From a virus (Duplodnaviria > Caudoviricetes): a DNA stretch of 45,512 nucleotides. A program made the position numbers and the translations under genes. Location of the stretch: the IMG/VR virus record IMGVR_UViG_3300032234_000239, positions 1-45,512 of that record. One strand, 5' to 3'. The notes under the pieces are model-generated. The model was not told where the DNA came from. It did no database searches and saw nothing but the letters and a program-made list of their open reading frames with translations. This document shows, piece after piece, positions 8,450 through 17,063 of this stretch. Numbering within the stretch: the stretch's first letter is position 1; each line of letters starts with the position of its first letter.

Positions 8450-9115
8450 ATGGACAAAGAAATACTTGAAGAAAAGGTTTACTATTACACAAATGTAATC
8501 GAAGACCCAAAGAAACTTGTTGAGGCAATAGAAAATGACAACAAGGATGAATGGGGCGAGTGGATGGCGTGTAGTGGTCAGCACTATGTCTATGGAACAG
8601 ATAAGACTATTGCTTTAACTGCAGATGCTAACGAAAAAGATAAGTATATCTATAACACTTTGCAAAAGGCATTTGACGATGTTGCAAGAGATTATGCAAA
8701 ATCACAAGGAATTACAGATGAGCCAAAGTTATTTCCTCAGTATCCAATTAAGAAGTATCAAGCAGGAACCTTCATGGGGGCACACTTTGATCAGCAAGAG
8801 GGAGACGAAAGACTCAAGGTTTCTTTCGTTATGTACCTAAACGATGATTACGAAGGTGGAGAAATATCATTTACTATAAAGTCACCTGATGGCCCAATAT
8901 CTGATGGTGGAAAACCAACTGGAGTGCCAATATCTTACGGTGGACCAGATCCAGATATGGAAATTGCAAAAAACAATCCAGATTCTTTTACATTTTTCGT
9001 AAAGCCAAAAGCAGGAAGCGTAATTGTGTTTCCTCCTTCACCACCATATCATCACACCGCACATTTGGTTAAAAGCGGTGAAAAGATTATGGTTCCTCAG
9101 CACTGGATTCATTAA
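8450..9115 (+). CDS. 2OG-Fe(II) oxygenase, P4H-like (7)
   Basis: HFD...YLNDDYEGGEISF...HHTAHLVKSGEKI; SD AAGGAG; Pro/Gly-rich insertion inside the beta core. Confidence 0.85.
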   Translation: MDKEILEEKVYYYTNVIEDPKKLVEAIENDNKDEWGEWMACSGQHYVYGTDKTIALTADANEKDKYIYNTLQKAFDDVARDYAKSQGITDEPKLFPQYPIKKYQAGTFMGAHFDQQEGDERLKVSFVMYLNDDYEGGEISFTIKSPDGPISDGGKPTGVPISYGGPDPDMEIAKNNPDSFTFFVKPKAGSVIVFPPSPPYHHTAHLVKSGEKIMVPQHWIH

Positions 9116-9163
9116 TTACTTACTGAATTAGTTTTGCAATAACTCTCAACAATACATTTAGGT

Positions 9164-9196
9164 AGAGTTTTACTTTTTATAAAACTCTGCTATACT
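9164..9196 (+). promoter_or_regulatory. Inverted repeat AGAGTTTTA/TAAAACTCT abutting extended -10 TGCTATACT upstream of nrdJ
   Basis: 9-bp arms at 9164-9172 and 9180-9188; -10 at 9188-9196. Confidence 0.55.
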
Positions 9197-9229
9197 TAAC
9201 ACTATTCCGTTTTTGAAAGGACGATACAC

Positions 9230-11263
9230 ATGTCAGATTTTTTTAGTTTTAGACTTCCAGAGGATTTTGTCGAAAAGTACAAAAACCAAGAGAGCCCATT
9301 TGGATTTAAAGATGCAGCAGAAAACTCACTTGGAGAAATTACATTTATTCGTACATATTCTCGTATGAAGGAGGATGGAACTAAAGAGCGTTGGCATGAA
9401 GTATGTCGTCGTGTAATCGAGGGTATGTATTCAGTACAGAAGAACCATGCTAAAGAAAACCGTTTACCATGGAATGATTACAAGGCTCAGAAGTCAGCAC
9501 AAGAAGCATTTCAAAGAATGTTTGAATTAAAGTGGACACCACCAGGACGAGGCATGTGGGCATTTGGAACTCCTATGACTATGGAGAAGAAGAACTCAGC
9601 AGCACTACAAAACTGTGCAATGGTGTCTACCAAGGACCTTGACAAGAATGATCCAGGAGCACTATTTGCTTGGGTTATGGATGCATTGATGCTTGGTATT
9701 GGCGTAGGGTTTGATACAGTGGGACAGGATAAGAATTTCTCAATCTATGCCCCAACAGAACCAGAACAGGTGTTCGAAATTCCAGACACTCGTGAAGGCT
9801 GGGTAGAGTCAGTACGATTACTTATCAACTCTTACCTAAGACCAAACCAGAGTATTCAGAAGTTTAACTATGATTTGATCAGACCTCTTGGAGCACCTAT
9901 TAAGGGCTTTGGGGGCGTTGCATCAGGACCTGCACCTCTTATCAAGTTGCACGACCAGATAGACCGTGTAATCGGCTCCAGAGGCGGAGAAACACTAGAC
10001 TCTCGTGCCATCGTGGACCTTGTAAACCTCATTGGTACCTGTGTGGTATCAGGCAATGTCCGTAGATCCGCAACACTTGCTTTGGGTACTGCAGGAGACG
10101 ATACATTTATGAATCTAAAGAATTCAGAGATGTTCCCAGAACGTAACTCATTTGATCCAGAGAACCCAGGCTGGGCTTGGATGTCTAACAATTCTATTTC
10201 AGCAGAAGTAGGAACAAAATACGAAGACTATGTGGATTTAATTACAGAAAACGGAGAACCAGGTTTTATCTGGCTTGATGTTGCTCGTAATTATGGACGA
10301 CTAAAGGATGCGCCAGACGGTAAGGATTATCGTGTGATGGGATTTAACCCATGTGCGGAGCAGCCATTGGAATCATATGAATTATGTACACTTGTAGAAG
10401 TGCACTTAAATCGTCATGAATCCAAGGAGGACTTCCTGCGTACCCTGAAGTTTGCATACCTCTATGGAAAGACTGTAACACTTGTTCCAACACACTGGCC
10501 ACAAACAAACGGTATCATGCAACGCAATCGTCGTATTGGTACGTCACTTACAGGTATTGCATCATTTGCAGATCAAAAGGGTTTGCCAGTTGTTCGTGAG
10601 TGGATGGATGAGGGATACAATAAGATCCGTCACTATGACCATCAGTATTCAGAATGGCTATGTGTTCGTGAATCAATTCGTGTAACAACAGTTAAGCCAT
10701 CAGGATCAGTTTCAATTCTTTCTGGTGCAACTCCTGGAGTTCACTGGGGACCTGGAGGAAACTTCTTCCTTCGTGCAGTTCGATTTGGAAATACAGACCC
10801 AATGATGCACTTGTTCAAAGCAGCGGGGTACACAATTGAAGATGACGTAGTGTCAGCAAATACATCAGTAGTTTACTTCCCAATCAAATCAGGTCATCCA
10901 AGATCTGAAAAGGACGTAACACTATTTGAGAAGATTGCACTTGCTGCAACTGCTCAGAAGTACTGGTCTGATAATGGTGTTTCTGTAACACTTTCATTTG
11001 ATAAGGAAACAGAGTCAAAGCATGTCGTTCCAGCGCTTCATATGTATGAAGGACAATTAAAGGCAGTCTCATTCCTTCCAATGGGAAATACTGTTTATCC
11101 TCAGCAGCCATATACTCAGATTACTGAAGAAGAATATGAGTCCTATATCGGCAAGTTGAAGCACATTGATTTTGCTGCTATCTATGACGGAGCAGAAAAT
11201 CTTGAGGCTCAAGGAGAGATGTACTGCACTACAGACTACTGTGAAATTAAAATAAACAAGTAG
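9230..11263 (+). CDS. nrdJ: Class II (adenosylcobalamin-dependent) ribonucleotide reductase, monomeric RTPR type
   Basis: RTYSR, PPGRG, LQNC, catalytic NPCAEQ, TTVKPSG, C-terminal CTTDYC; no adjacent beta subunit. Confidence 0.92.
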   Translation: MSDFFSFRLPEDFVEKYKNQESPFGFKDAAENSLGEITFIRTYSRMKEDGTKERWHEVCRRVIEGMYSVQKNHAKENRLPWNDYKAQKSAQEAFQRMFELKWTPPGRGMWAFGTPMTMEKKNSAALQNCAMVSTKDLDKNDPGALFAWVMDALMLGIGVGFDTVGQDKNFSIYAPTEPEQVFEIPDTREGWVESVRLLINSYLRPNQSIQKFNYDLIRPLGAPIKGFGGVASGPAPLIKLHDQIDRVIGSRGGETLDSRAIVDLVNLIGTCVVSGNVRRSATLALGTAGDDTFMNLKNSEMFPERNSFDPENPGWAWMSNNSISAEVGTKYEDYVDLITENGEPGFIWLDVARNYGRLKDAPDGKDYRVMGFNPCAEQPLESYELCTLVEVHLNRHESKEDFLRTLKFAYLYGKTVTLVPTHWPQTNGIMQRNRRIGTSLTGIASFADQKGLPVVREWMDEGYNKIRHYDHQYSEWLCVRESIRVTTVKPSGSVSILSGATPGVHWGPGGNFFLRAVRFGNTDPMMHLFKAAGYTIEDDVVSANTSVVYFPIKSGHPRSEKDVTLFEKIALAATAQKYWSDNGVSVTLSFDKETESKHVVPALHMYEGQLKAVSFLPMGNTVYPQQPYTQITEEEYESYIGKLKHIDFAAIYDGAENLEAQGEMYCTTDYCEIKINK

Positions 11264-11270
11264 TCTTCTG

Positions 11271-11279
11271 TGGTAAAAT
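11271..11279 (+). promoter_or_regulatory. Extended -10 promoter TGGTAAAAT
   Basis: Lies 9 nt before ATG 11289; no SD. Confidence 0.55.
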
Positions 11280-11288
11280 AGACTCACA

Positions 11289-14200
11289 ATGTCTACTTCA
11301 TCAAACCTCTATGCAGAAAAAGTCTTTGCTGAGCACCCTACTGGCCTATGGGCATTAGATGACAGAGCAGACTATGTTTCGTTAATTTCAGAGGCCAATA
11401 GAAACATTGCTGACGCCACAAAATGGACGGTAACGGGCGGAACAGTAGAACTATATCCAGAGTCAGTAGACGAACCGTTCACTAATAGTTATGTAAGTAG
11501 AATAGTCGCTACTCCTACATCTAGTGATTCGTCATCAATTATTGCAGTGAGCAACGAGATCATGGACCTAAAAGATCTCAACACTTACTTAAAAACGTTT
11601 TCTGTTGGAGGATATTTTTATTCTGAAAGTTCTTACATTGCTGGTTTTGAAATTGGATACAGATATAAAGACATAACTAGCGGAGACATGATCACACATT
11701 TAAGAAACTATGACACGATCATAAACAAGGATTGGGTTTTTATATCAGAAACATTTGACACACCACCAGATGATTCAAAGATACAATTAGTTTTTAAGAT
11801 TAATTTTATCGGAGGATCAGGGACAGAAGATGCCTTTTTGGTGAACGGAATAAGTTTTGGTCAGTGGTCAGAAGAGTTTTCTTCCACTTCTCTTGGAGTA
11901 ACGCCAATAGACATTCCTTCAACAATTGCGATTGCTCCACAAAAGGCTGTTGTTGCAAAATGTTACGGACTACAAGAACTTGACGGATACTACTTGATTT
12001 CTGACAACATGCTTAAAGCAAAAAATTTAGGAATCCCAATTGTCTATGGAACATCTAGTTTGACAGCATTATATCCGAATGGTCTAAACCCATCAATTAT
12101 AATTCCTGGACTAGGATTTTTAAATGAGTCTGGAAAATTTAAGCAGTATACTTTAGAAACTTGGCTTAGAGTTAATGCATACACTAATGACAGGAAAAGG
12201 ATAATTGGACCAATTGCATCAGATGATGGAATCTATGTTGATGGCCCTTCAATTGGATTAAAGATTGGTAGCGAGTATCAAACATATTACGTTGGAGAAT
12301 GGACAAGGCCAATGCTTGTGCATTTAAGACTTGGAAAAGATACTGCCTCTCTTGTAATTAATGGTCAAGAAGTTATATCTTTTAGTTATGATCCTCAAGT
12401 ATTAGATTTTCCAGAAATGATACTAGATGGAAAAGAACAGGATTGGATAGGCTTTTATGCACATGAGGATGTTTTCCCAATCGACATAGACTGTGTTGCA
12501 ATTTACCCATATGTTGTTCCTACCGCAGTTACAAAAAGAAAGTTCGTATTTGGCCAAGGTGTAGAAATACCAGAAAACATTAACACATCATATAGCGGAA
12601 CATCTGTTTTTATCGATTATGCTTTTGCAAATTACTCTGCTAATTATCAATATCCTAAAATAGGTTCTTGGAAGCAGGCCTTTAATGATAACACTTTAAT
12701 TCAAAGCAAAGGCTTGTCGGTATCAAAGAATCCACTTCCTCAAATACTTTTGTCTTCAAAAACAGAAGAAGAGTTGTTCTCAGCCTGCAATGCTGTACAG
12801 TCATCAGACACAGAAAAATTTTTTTCATTTAGGCCAAACTCTACATGGAACACTGTTTCTGGCCATATCTTGTTTGAAAATTTCGACTTCTTAAAAAGTT
12901 CAGTATCTGCTTTTTACGGATGTTTTAGGTTGCCACAATCGTCTGCTCAAAGACAGACTTTGTTTAGAATTGAAAAAGAAAATAGCAATAGTTACTTTGC
13001 GATAGAGTTAATCGATAATCAAATATCATATTTGATAAATTATAATGGAACTCTGCAAACACTCTACTCACCTTTAGTTGCCGATCCAGGAGAGTTGGTT
13101 GATGTTGGAGTAAATATCCCAGCATTTGTTGAAAGATTTGGAGATCAAGCATCAGACTTTTTTGGATCTTTATCTGACCTAAGATTGTATGTTGGTGGGA
13201 AAAAAGACAATACTTCTACCTTTACTGGCAAGATATATAAGATTGGTTTTTGCACAAAATATAATTTTCAAAAAATTAGAAGGCTGTTTAATGAAATAGG
13301 TGTCCCTGTATGGAATGAAGATTTGTTTGATGTGTACCAAAATAATCAGTTAATAAATATAGACGGTGGAATAGACACAACATCAATGCCACCATCTGGA
13401 GGACCAACTTCAACGGCTAACGGTGCTATCTCTGGTGGTGGAGTTTTTGTTAACGAAGAAGATGCCCTAATGGATCATGTTGCAAGTTATACACTTGTGC
13501 CTACTAAGATTTTTGATAATTACAAGTTATCTGTATCTGCAAATGCATACTGGGAAGATCAACTTCCTTTGACATATTTTGCAGAGTCTGTTGTTGATAA
13601 AAGAGGAGACCAGTATTTTGATCTTGACTTTATTCAGTTTAACATTGATTATCCAGTAACATCAAAAACAATTGCAATAGAAACTGACCCAGTGGATTGG
13701 ACATATGCAGAACTTGCAAATGAATACGGTCTTCCAGTTCAAAGAACATATGAGTCGCTTGACAATTATTTATTTACTGGATACAACGACTATGAAGATC
13801 TTAAAAATAAAATAGCAAAAGATTATAGATATGATACAGATGGAGCCATTGTAAAAAGTTATGTAACTTTTCAGTATACTGAGTTAGGTGCAAATGCTAC
13901 CCCATTCTATTTTACAAAAACAGAAAGACCTTCCAGAGATGGCGTATTAGTTCCTGGGTCAGACTGGATGACAACAAAGTATGAGGTTGTAGATAATATG
14001 ATTATCTATCCTCCTTCTGGAGTAGATTTTAATGATCTTTCTATTGTTACTCACATCGATATTAATGTTACAGATTCAAACATAGGAAATGTTATTATTA
14101 AAAAACTTTCTTATGCATCACAAGCATTAAACGAATCTGACGCAAGCCCAATTGGAACAAGGTTTGGAACTCCAATTTACCCTTATACAAAAACAGGAAT

Positions 14201-15011
14201 TTATTATGATTTTAAAAGGCAAAACCCATTTTCAATATACAGTGGATCATCTTCATACCTGTATCTAACAAAGACAAGTGGAATACAAGTTAGGGGAAAG
14301 CATGACCCCCTAGTAAATAGAGGTCTTCTAATTCCAATCAATAGTAGCAGAGCAAATGATTTTAAAGCAATTGCAATGCAGATGGCAGTTAGATTTGATG
14401 GGGATTATTTTCCATACTCTCCTACGCAAATATTTGAAATAGAAAGCAAAGATGCATATATAAAGTTCTATATGGTGGCAAGTGACCCAGAAGGTAGAAG
14501 AGCAAAAATTTATGCAATTGATGCAAAGACTGGACTAGTGCAAAATGGCATAGGGTTTTATTGGAATGGCAAGGCTGTAAAAGATCCCGTCTTGACTCTT
14601 CAGGAGTGGGGATTCCTAGGTATAAGTTTTGGTGATAGTCTAGTGTTCTCATCTTTCGAGGGGGCAATAAGATTGACGGGCCCACTGCTATTTAATAGCA
14701 TTTCATACTACCAGTCAACAAATCTGCAAGAGGTTCAAAATGTTTCAGACAGGCCTTGGTTTAGAGTCAAGGTCCTATCTGGTTTGCCACTAGACTGGGA
14801 GTTTTGGAATTCTCCTTCATTTAACTGGAATAAGGTCCTTGTTTTGGCAGAAAAGAGTTTTTATGGGGTCAATCCGTCAGAGGTTTACAAGAGTTATACA
14901 GGAACTAACAAGATAATTGTTGGGGACAATATGCCTGTAGGGTTAAAAGATTACGGATACTCTGTTTATACGGATGTCAACTGGGTCAAATACGTTGTCG
15001 ATCCAGTTTAA
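11289..15011 (+). CDS. Large virion-associated protein with probable LamG/concanavalin-like beta domains
   Basis: 1240 aa and beta-rich. HPTGLWALDD, YTLETWLRV and SLVINGQEV resemble LamG-type phage proteins. Confidence 0.5.
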   Translation: MSTSSNLYAEKVFAEHPTGLWALDDRADYVSLISEANRNIADATKWTVTGGTVELYPESVDEPFTNSYVSRIVATPTSSDSSSIIAVSNEIMDLKDLNTYLKTFSVGGYFYSESSYIAGFEIGYRYKDITSGDMITHLRNYDTIINKDWVFISETFDTPPDDSKIQLVFKINFIGGSGTEDAFLVNGISFGQWSEEFSSTSLGVTPIDIPSTIAIAPQKAVVAKCYGLQELDGYYLISDNMLKAKNLGIPIVYGTSSLTALYPNGLNPSIIIPGLGFLNESGKFKQYTLETWLRVNAYTNDRKRIIGPIASDDGIYVDGPSIGLKIGSEYQTYYVGEWTRPMLVHLRLGKDTASLVINGQEVISFSYDPQVLDFPEMILDGKEQDWIGFYAHEDVFPIDIDCVAIYPYVVPTAVTKRKFVFGQGVEIPENINTSYSGTSVFIDYAFANYSANYQYPKIGSWKQAFNDNTLIQSKGLSVSKNPLPQILLSSKTEEELFSACNAVQSSDTEKFFSFRPNSTWNTVSGHILFENFDFLKSSVSAFYGCFRLPQSSAQRQTLFRIEKENSNSYFAIELIDNQISYLINYNGTLQTLYSPLVADPGELVDVGVNIPAFVERFGDQASDFFGSLSDLRLYVGGKKDNTSTFTGKIYKIGFCTKYNFQKIRRLFNEIGVPVWNEDLFDVYQNNQLINIDGGIDTTSMPPSGGPTSTANGAISGGGVFVNEEDALMDHVASYTLVPTKIFDNYKLSVSANAYWEDQLPLTYFAESVVDKRGDQYFDLDFIQFNIDYPVTSKTIAIETDPVDWTYAELANEYGLPVQRTYESLDNYLFTGYNDYEDLKNKIAKDYRYDTDGAIVKSYVTFQYTELGANATPFYFTKTERPSRDGVLVPGSDWMTTKYEVVDNMIIYPPSGVDFNDLSIVTHIDINVTDSNIGNVIIKKLSYASQALNESDASPIGTRFGTPIYPYTKTGIYYDFKRQNPFSIYSGSSSYLYLTKTSGIQVRGKHDPLVNRGLLIPINSSRANDFKAIAMQMAVRFDGDYFPYSPTQIFEIESKDAYIKFYMVASDPEGRRAKIYAIDAKTGLVQNGIGFYWNGKAVKDPVLTLQEWGFLGISFGDSLVFSSFEGAIRLTGPLLFNSISYYQSTNLQEVQNVSDRPWFRVKVLSGLPLDWEFWNSPSFNWNKVLVLAEKSFYGVNPSEVYKSYTGTNKIIVGDNMPVGLKDYGYSVYTDVNWVKYVVDPV

Positions 15012-15013
15012 TA

Positions 15014-15022
15014 TGGTATACT
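15014..15022 (+). promoter_or_regulatory. Extended -10 promoter TGGTATACT, leaderless
   Basis: Lies 7 nt before in-frame ATG 15030. Confidence 0.6.
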
Positions 15023-15029
15023 TATGGAT

Positions 15030-15416
15030 ATGGATTCACTAATAGACCCAAAAACTGGTCAACCAATTGTAAAGAATGTTAGACGACAGGTAATTGAAAA
15101 GAATTACGACTGGGGTCTTTATGTGTATAAGAAGGCTAATGGCAAGTGGTTTACAGATGGCAACGGCTCTGTTCTTAATATTCCATCAGACAAAAATGAC
15201 ATTTCTAGAATTGCAGAACTAAAAAAGACTGCAATGTATTACGGAGATCCAGGAGATGGAACATGCGTATTTGTCCCAGGCCTAACAAGAGTAAGCGAAG
15301 AAGAATACTCAGAGCAAGTTGACAGACTAAAGGCTGGACTTATTCCTTCTCTAAACGACCTTGGTGCTGTTCAGGCAGCAAAGGACACTATTGCTAAGTA
15401 TGGAGACGAGGACTAA
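15030..15416 (+). CDS. Hypothetical protein preceding portal (start revised from 15024)
   Basis: ORF coupled to the portal gene; promoter spacing favours the second ATG. Confidence 0.6.
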   Translation: MDSLIDPKTGQPIVKNVRRQVIEKNYDWGLYVYKKANGKWFTDGNGSVLNIPSDKNDISRIAELKKTAMYYGDPGDGTCVFVPGLTRVSEEEYSEQVDRLKAGLIPSLNDLGAVQAAKDTIAKYGDED

Positions 15417-15418
15417 TC

Positions 15419-17011
15419 ATGCAAGATAATGAATACGAAATCGGTGCAAGAATTGACGAAGCAATAAAGAAAGACGATCAGTTTTCAAAAGCAGACCCAT
15501 TTAATGGAAATTGGGATGCTTTAAAATCTCTTGACGGACTAGAGGCAAACTTTAAAAGAAGAATAAGCAGATCAGCAACAAAGATGGTTGAGCCAACTGC
15601 TCAGTATACAACTGCAGCACTTGCTGGAAAAAGCGGTATTGATGGAGCACAGTCAAAAGAGATCAACCCAGGTCTAGTATATGTAAATGGCTATGGAATG
15701 TTTGATGTTATTACACCACCATGGAACCTTTATGAATTAGCAAACTATTACGACACATCATTTGCAAACCATGCAGCAATCGATGCCAAGGTAGAAAACA
15801 TTGTAGGTCTTGGCTATGAGTTTAAGGTTTCTCCAAGAACAATGATGAGACTTGAAGCATCAGAAGATAACAGCGCAACGCAAAAAGCAAGAAAGAGAAT
15901 TGAACGAGCAAAGATTGAAATGCGTGACTGGCTAGAGTCTCTTAACGATGACGATTCATTTACAGCCACAATGGAAAAGGTTTACACAGATCTTCAGGCA
16001 ACTGGAAATGGCTATCTAGAAATCGGTAGAACAACTCGTGGAGAAATTGGATACGTTGGACACATACCAGCAACAACGATGCGAGTAAGAAGAATAAAAG
16101 ATGGTTATGTTCAGATCATTGGAAACAAGATTGTTTACTTCCGTAACTTTGGAGCAAAGAACCAAAACCCATTAACCACAGATGCTAGACCAAACGAAAT
16201 TATTCACTTCAAGCAATACTCACCTCTAAACACATTCTACGGAGTGCCAGACATTATGTCGGCAATTAACTCACTACATGGAGACTCGCTTGCTTCACAA
16301 TATAACATTGATTACTTTGCAAACAAGGCAGTGCCACGATATGTTGTAACACTAAAGGGTGCGAAACTTTCTGGAGATGCAGAAGACAAGATGTTTAGAT
16401 TCTTGCAAACAAGTCTCAGAGGGCAGTCACACAGAACTCTCTACATTCCACTTCCAGGTGATACAGAAAATAATAAAGTTGAATTTAAAATGGATCCCAT
16501 CGAAGACGGTATACAGGATGGCTCATTTAAAGAGTATCGTAAGCAAAACCGTGATGACATCCTAGTAGCACACCAAGTACCATTATCTAAACTTGGAGGT
16601 GGCGATTCTGGATCTATTGCAGCAGCACTTGCACAGGATCGCACCTTTAAGGAGCAGGTTGCAAGACCAGCACAAAGACAGTTGGAAAAAATGATTAACA
16701 AGATCATTCGTGAAAAGACAGACATCATTGAGTTTGTATTTAACGAGTTGACTCTAACAGATGAGATTGCACAGTCTCAGATTCTTGAGCGTTATGTTAA
16801 GAATCAGATCATGACCCCTAACGAAGCAAGAGTTGTTTTGGACATGCCACAAAGAGAAGGTGGCGACGAGGTTCTGAACCTTAAGCCAGAAGCAGCAGCA
16901 GAGGAAAGCACAACAAGAGCAAGAGATGCTGAAAGAACAAATAATAATTCTGACAGTACATCCACTGTTGCTGGAAGAAATCCAAAGGGCGAAGGTAGAA
17001 GAACTCCCTAA
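15419..17011 (+). CDS. Portal protein (HK97/PBSX-like)
   Basis: DLQATGNGYLEI, EIIHFK...FYGVP, YFANKAVP, ILVAHQVP, IMTPNEAR...GGD. Confidence 0.9.
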   Translation: MQDNEYEIGARIDEAIKKDDQFSKADPFNGNWDALKSLDGLEANFKRRISRSATKMVEPTAQYTTAALAGKSGIDGAQSKEINPGLVYVNGYGMFDVITPPWNLYELANYYDTSFANHAAIDAKVENIVGLGYEFKVSPRTMMRLEASEDNSATQKARKRIERAKIEMRDWLESLNDDDSFTATMEKVYTDLQATGNGYLEIGRTTRGEIGYVGHIPATTMRVRRIKDGYVQIIGNKIVYFRNFGAKNQNPLTTDARPNEIIHFKQYSPLNTFYGVPDIMSAINSLHGDSLASQYNIDYFANKAVPRYVVTLKGAKLSGDAEDKMFRFLQTSLRGQSHRTLYIPLPGDTENNKVEFKMDPIEDGIQDGSFKEYRKQNRDDILVAHQVPLSKLGGGDSGSIAAALAQDRTFKEQVARPAQRQLEKMINKIIREKTDIIEFVFNELTLTDEIAQSQILERYVKNQIMTPNEARVVLDMPQREGGDEVLNLKPEAAAEESTTRARDAERTNNNSDSTSTVAGRNPKGEGRRTP

Positions 17012-17063
17012 TGTCCAATTTGTCCACAATGTGATACTTATATAAAATGGAGGGTATAATATA

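Noticed and set aside
2117-9115. Oxygenases as a TET/JBP or AlkB DNA-modification cluster
   Set aside because: The motifs (YxNDDYxGGE) are P4H-like, and no methylase, glycosyltransferase or nucleotide kinase is adjacent. Not strictly excluded, but unsupported.
9230-11263. Intein or intron in nrdJ (also considered for dnaB)
   Set aside because: Both ORFs are of normal length, with contiguous motifs and no splicing or homing-endonuclease signatures.
17020-17028. TTGTCCACA, matching an actinobacterial DnaA box
   Set aside because: It is a single copy and doubles as a plausible -35 (TTGTCC-N17-TAAAAT). There is no box cluster to support an origin.
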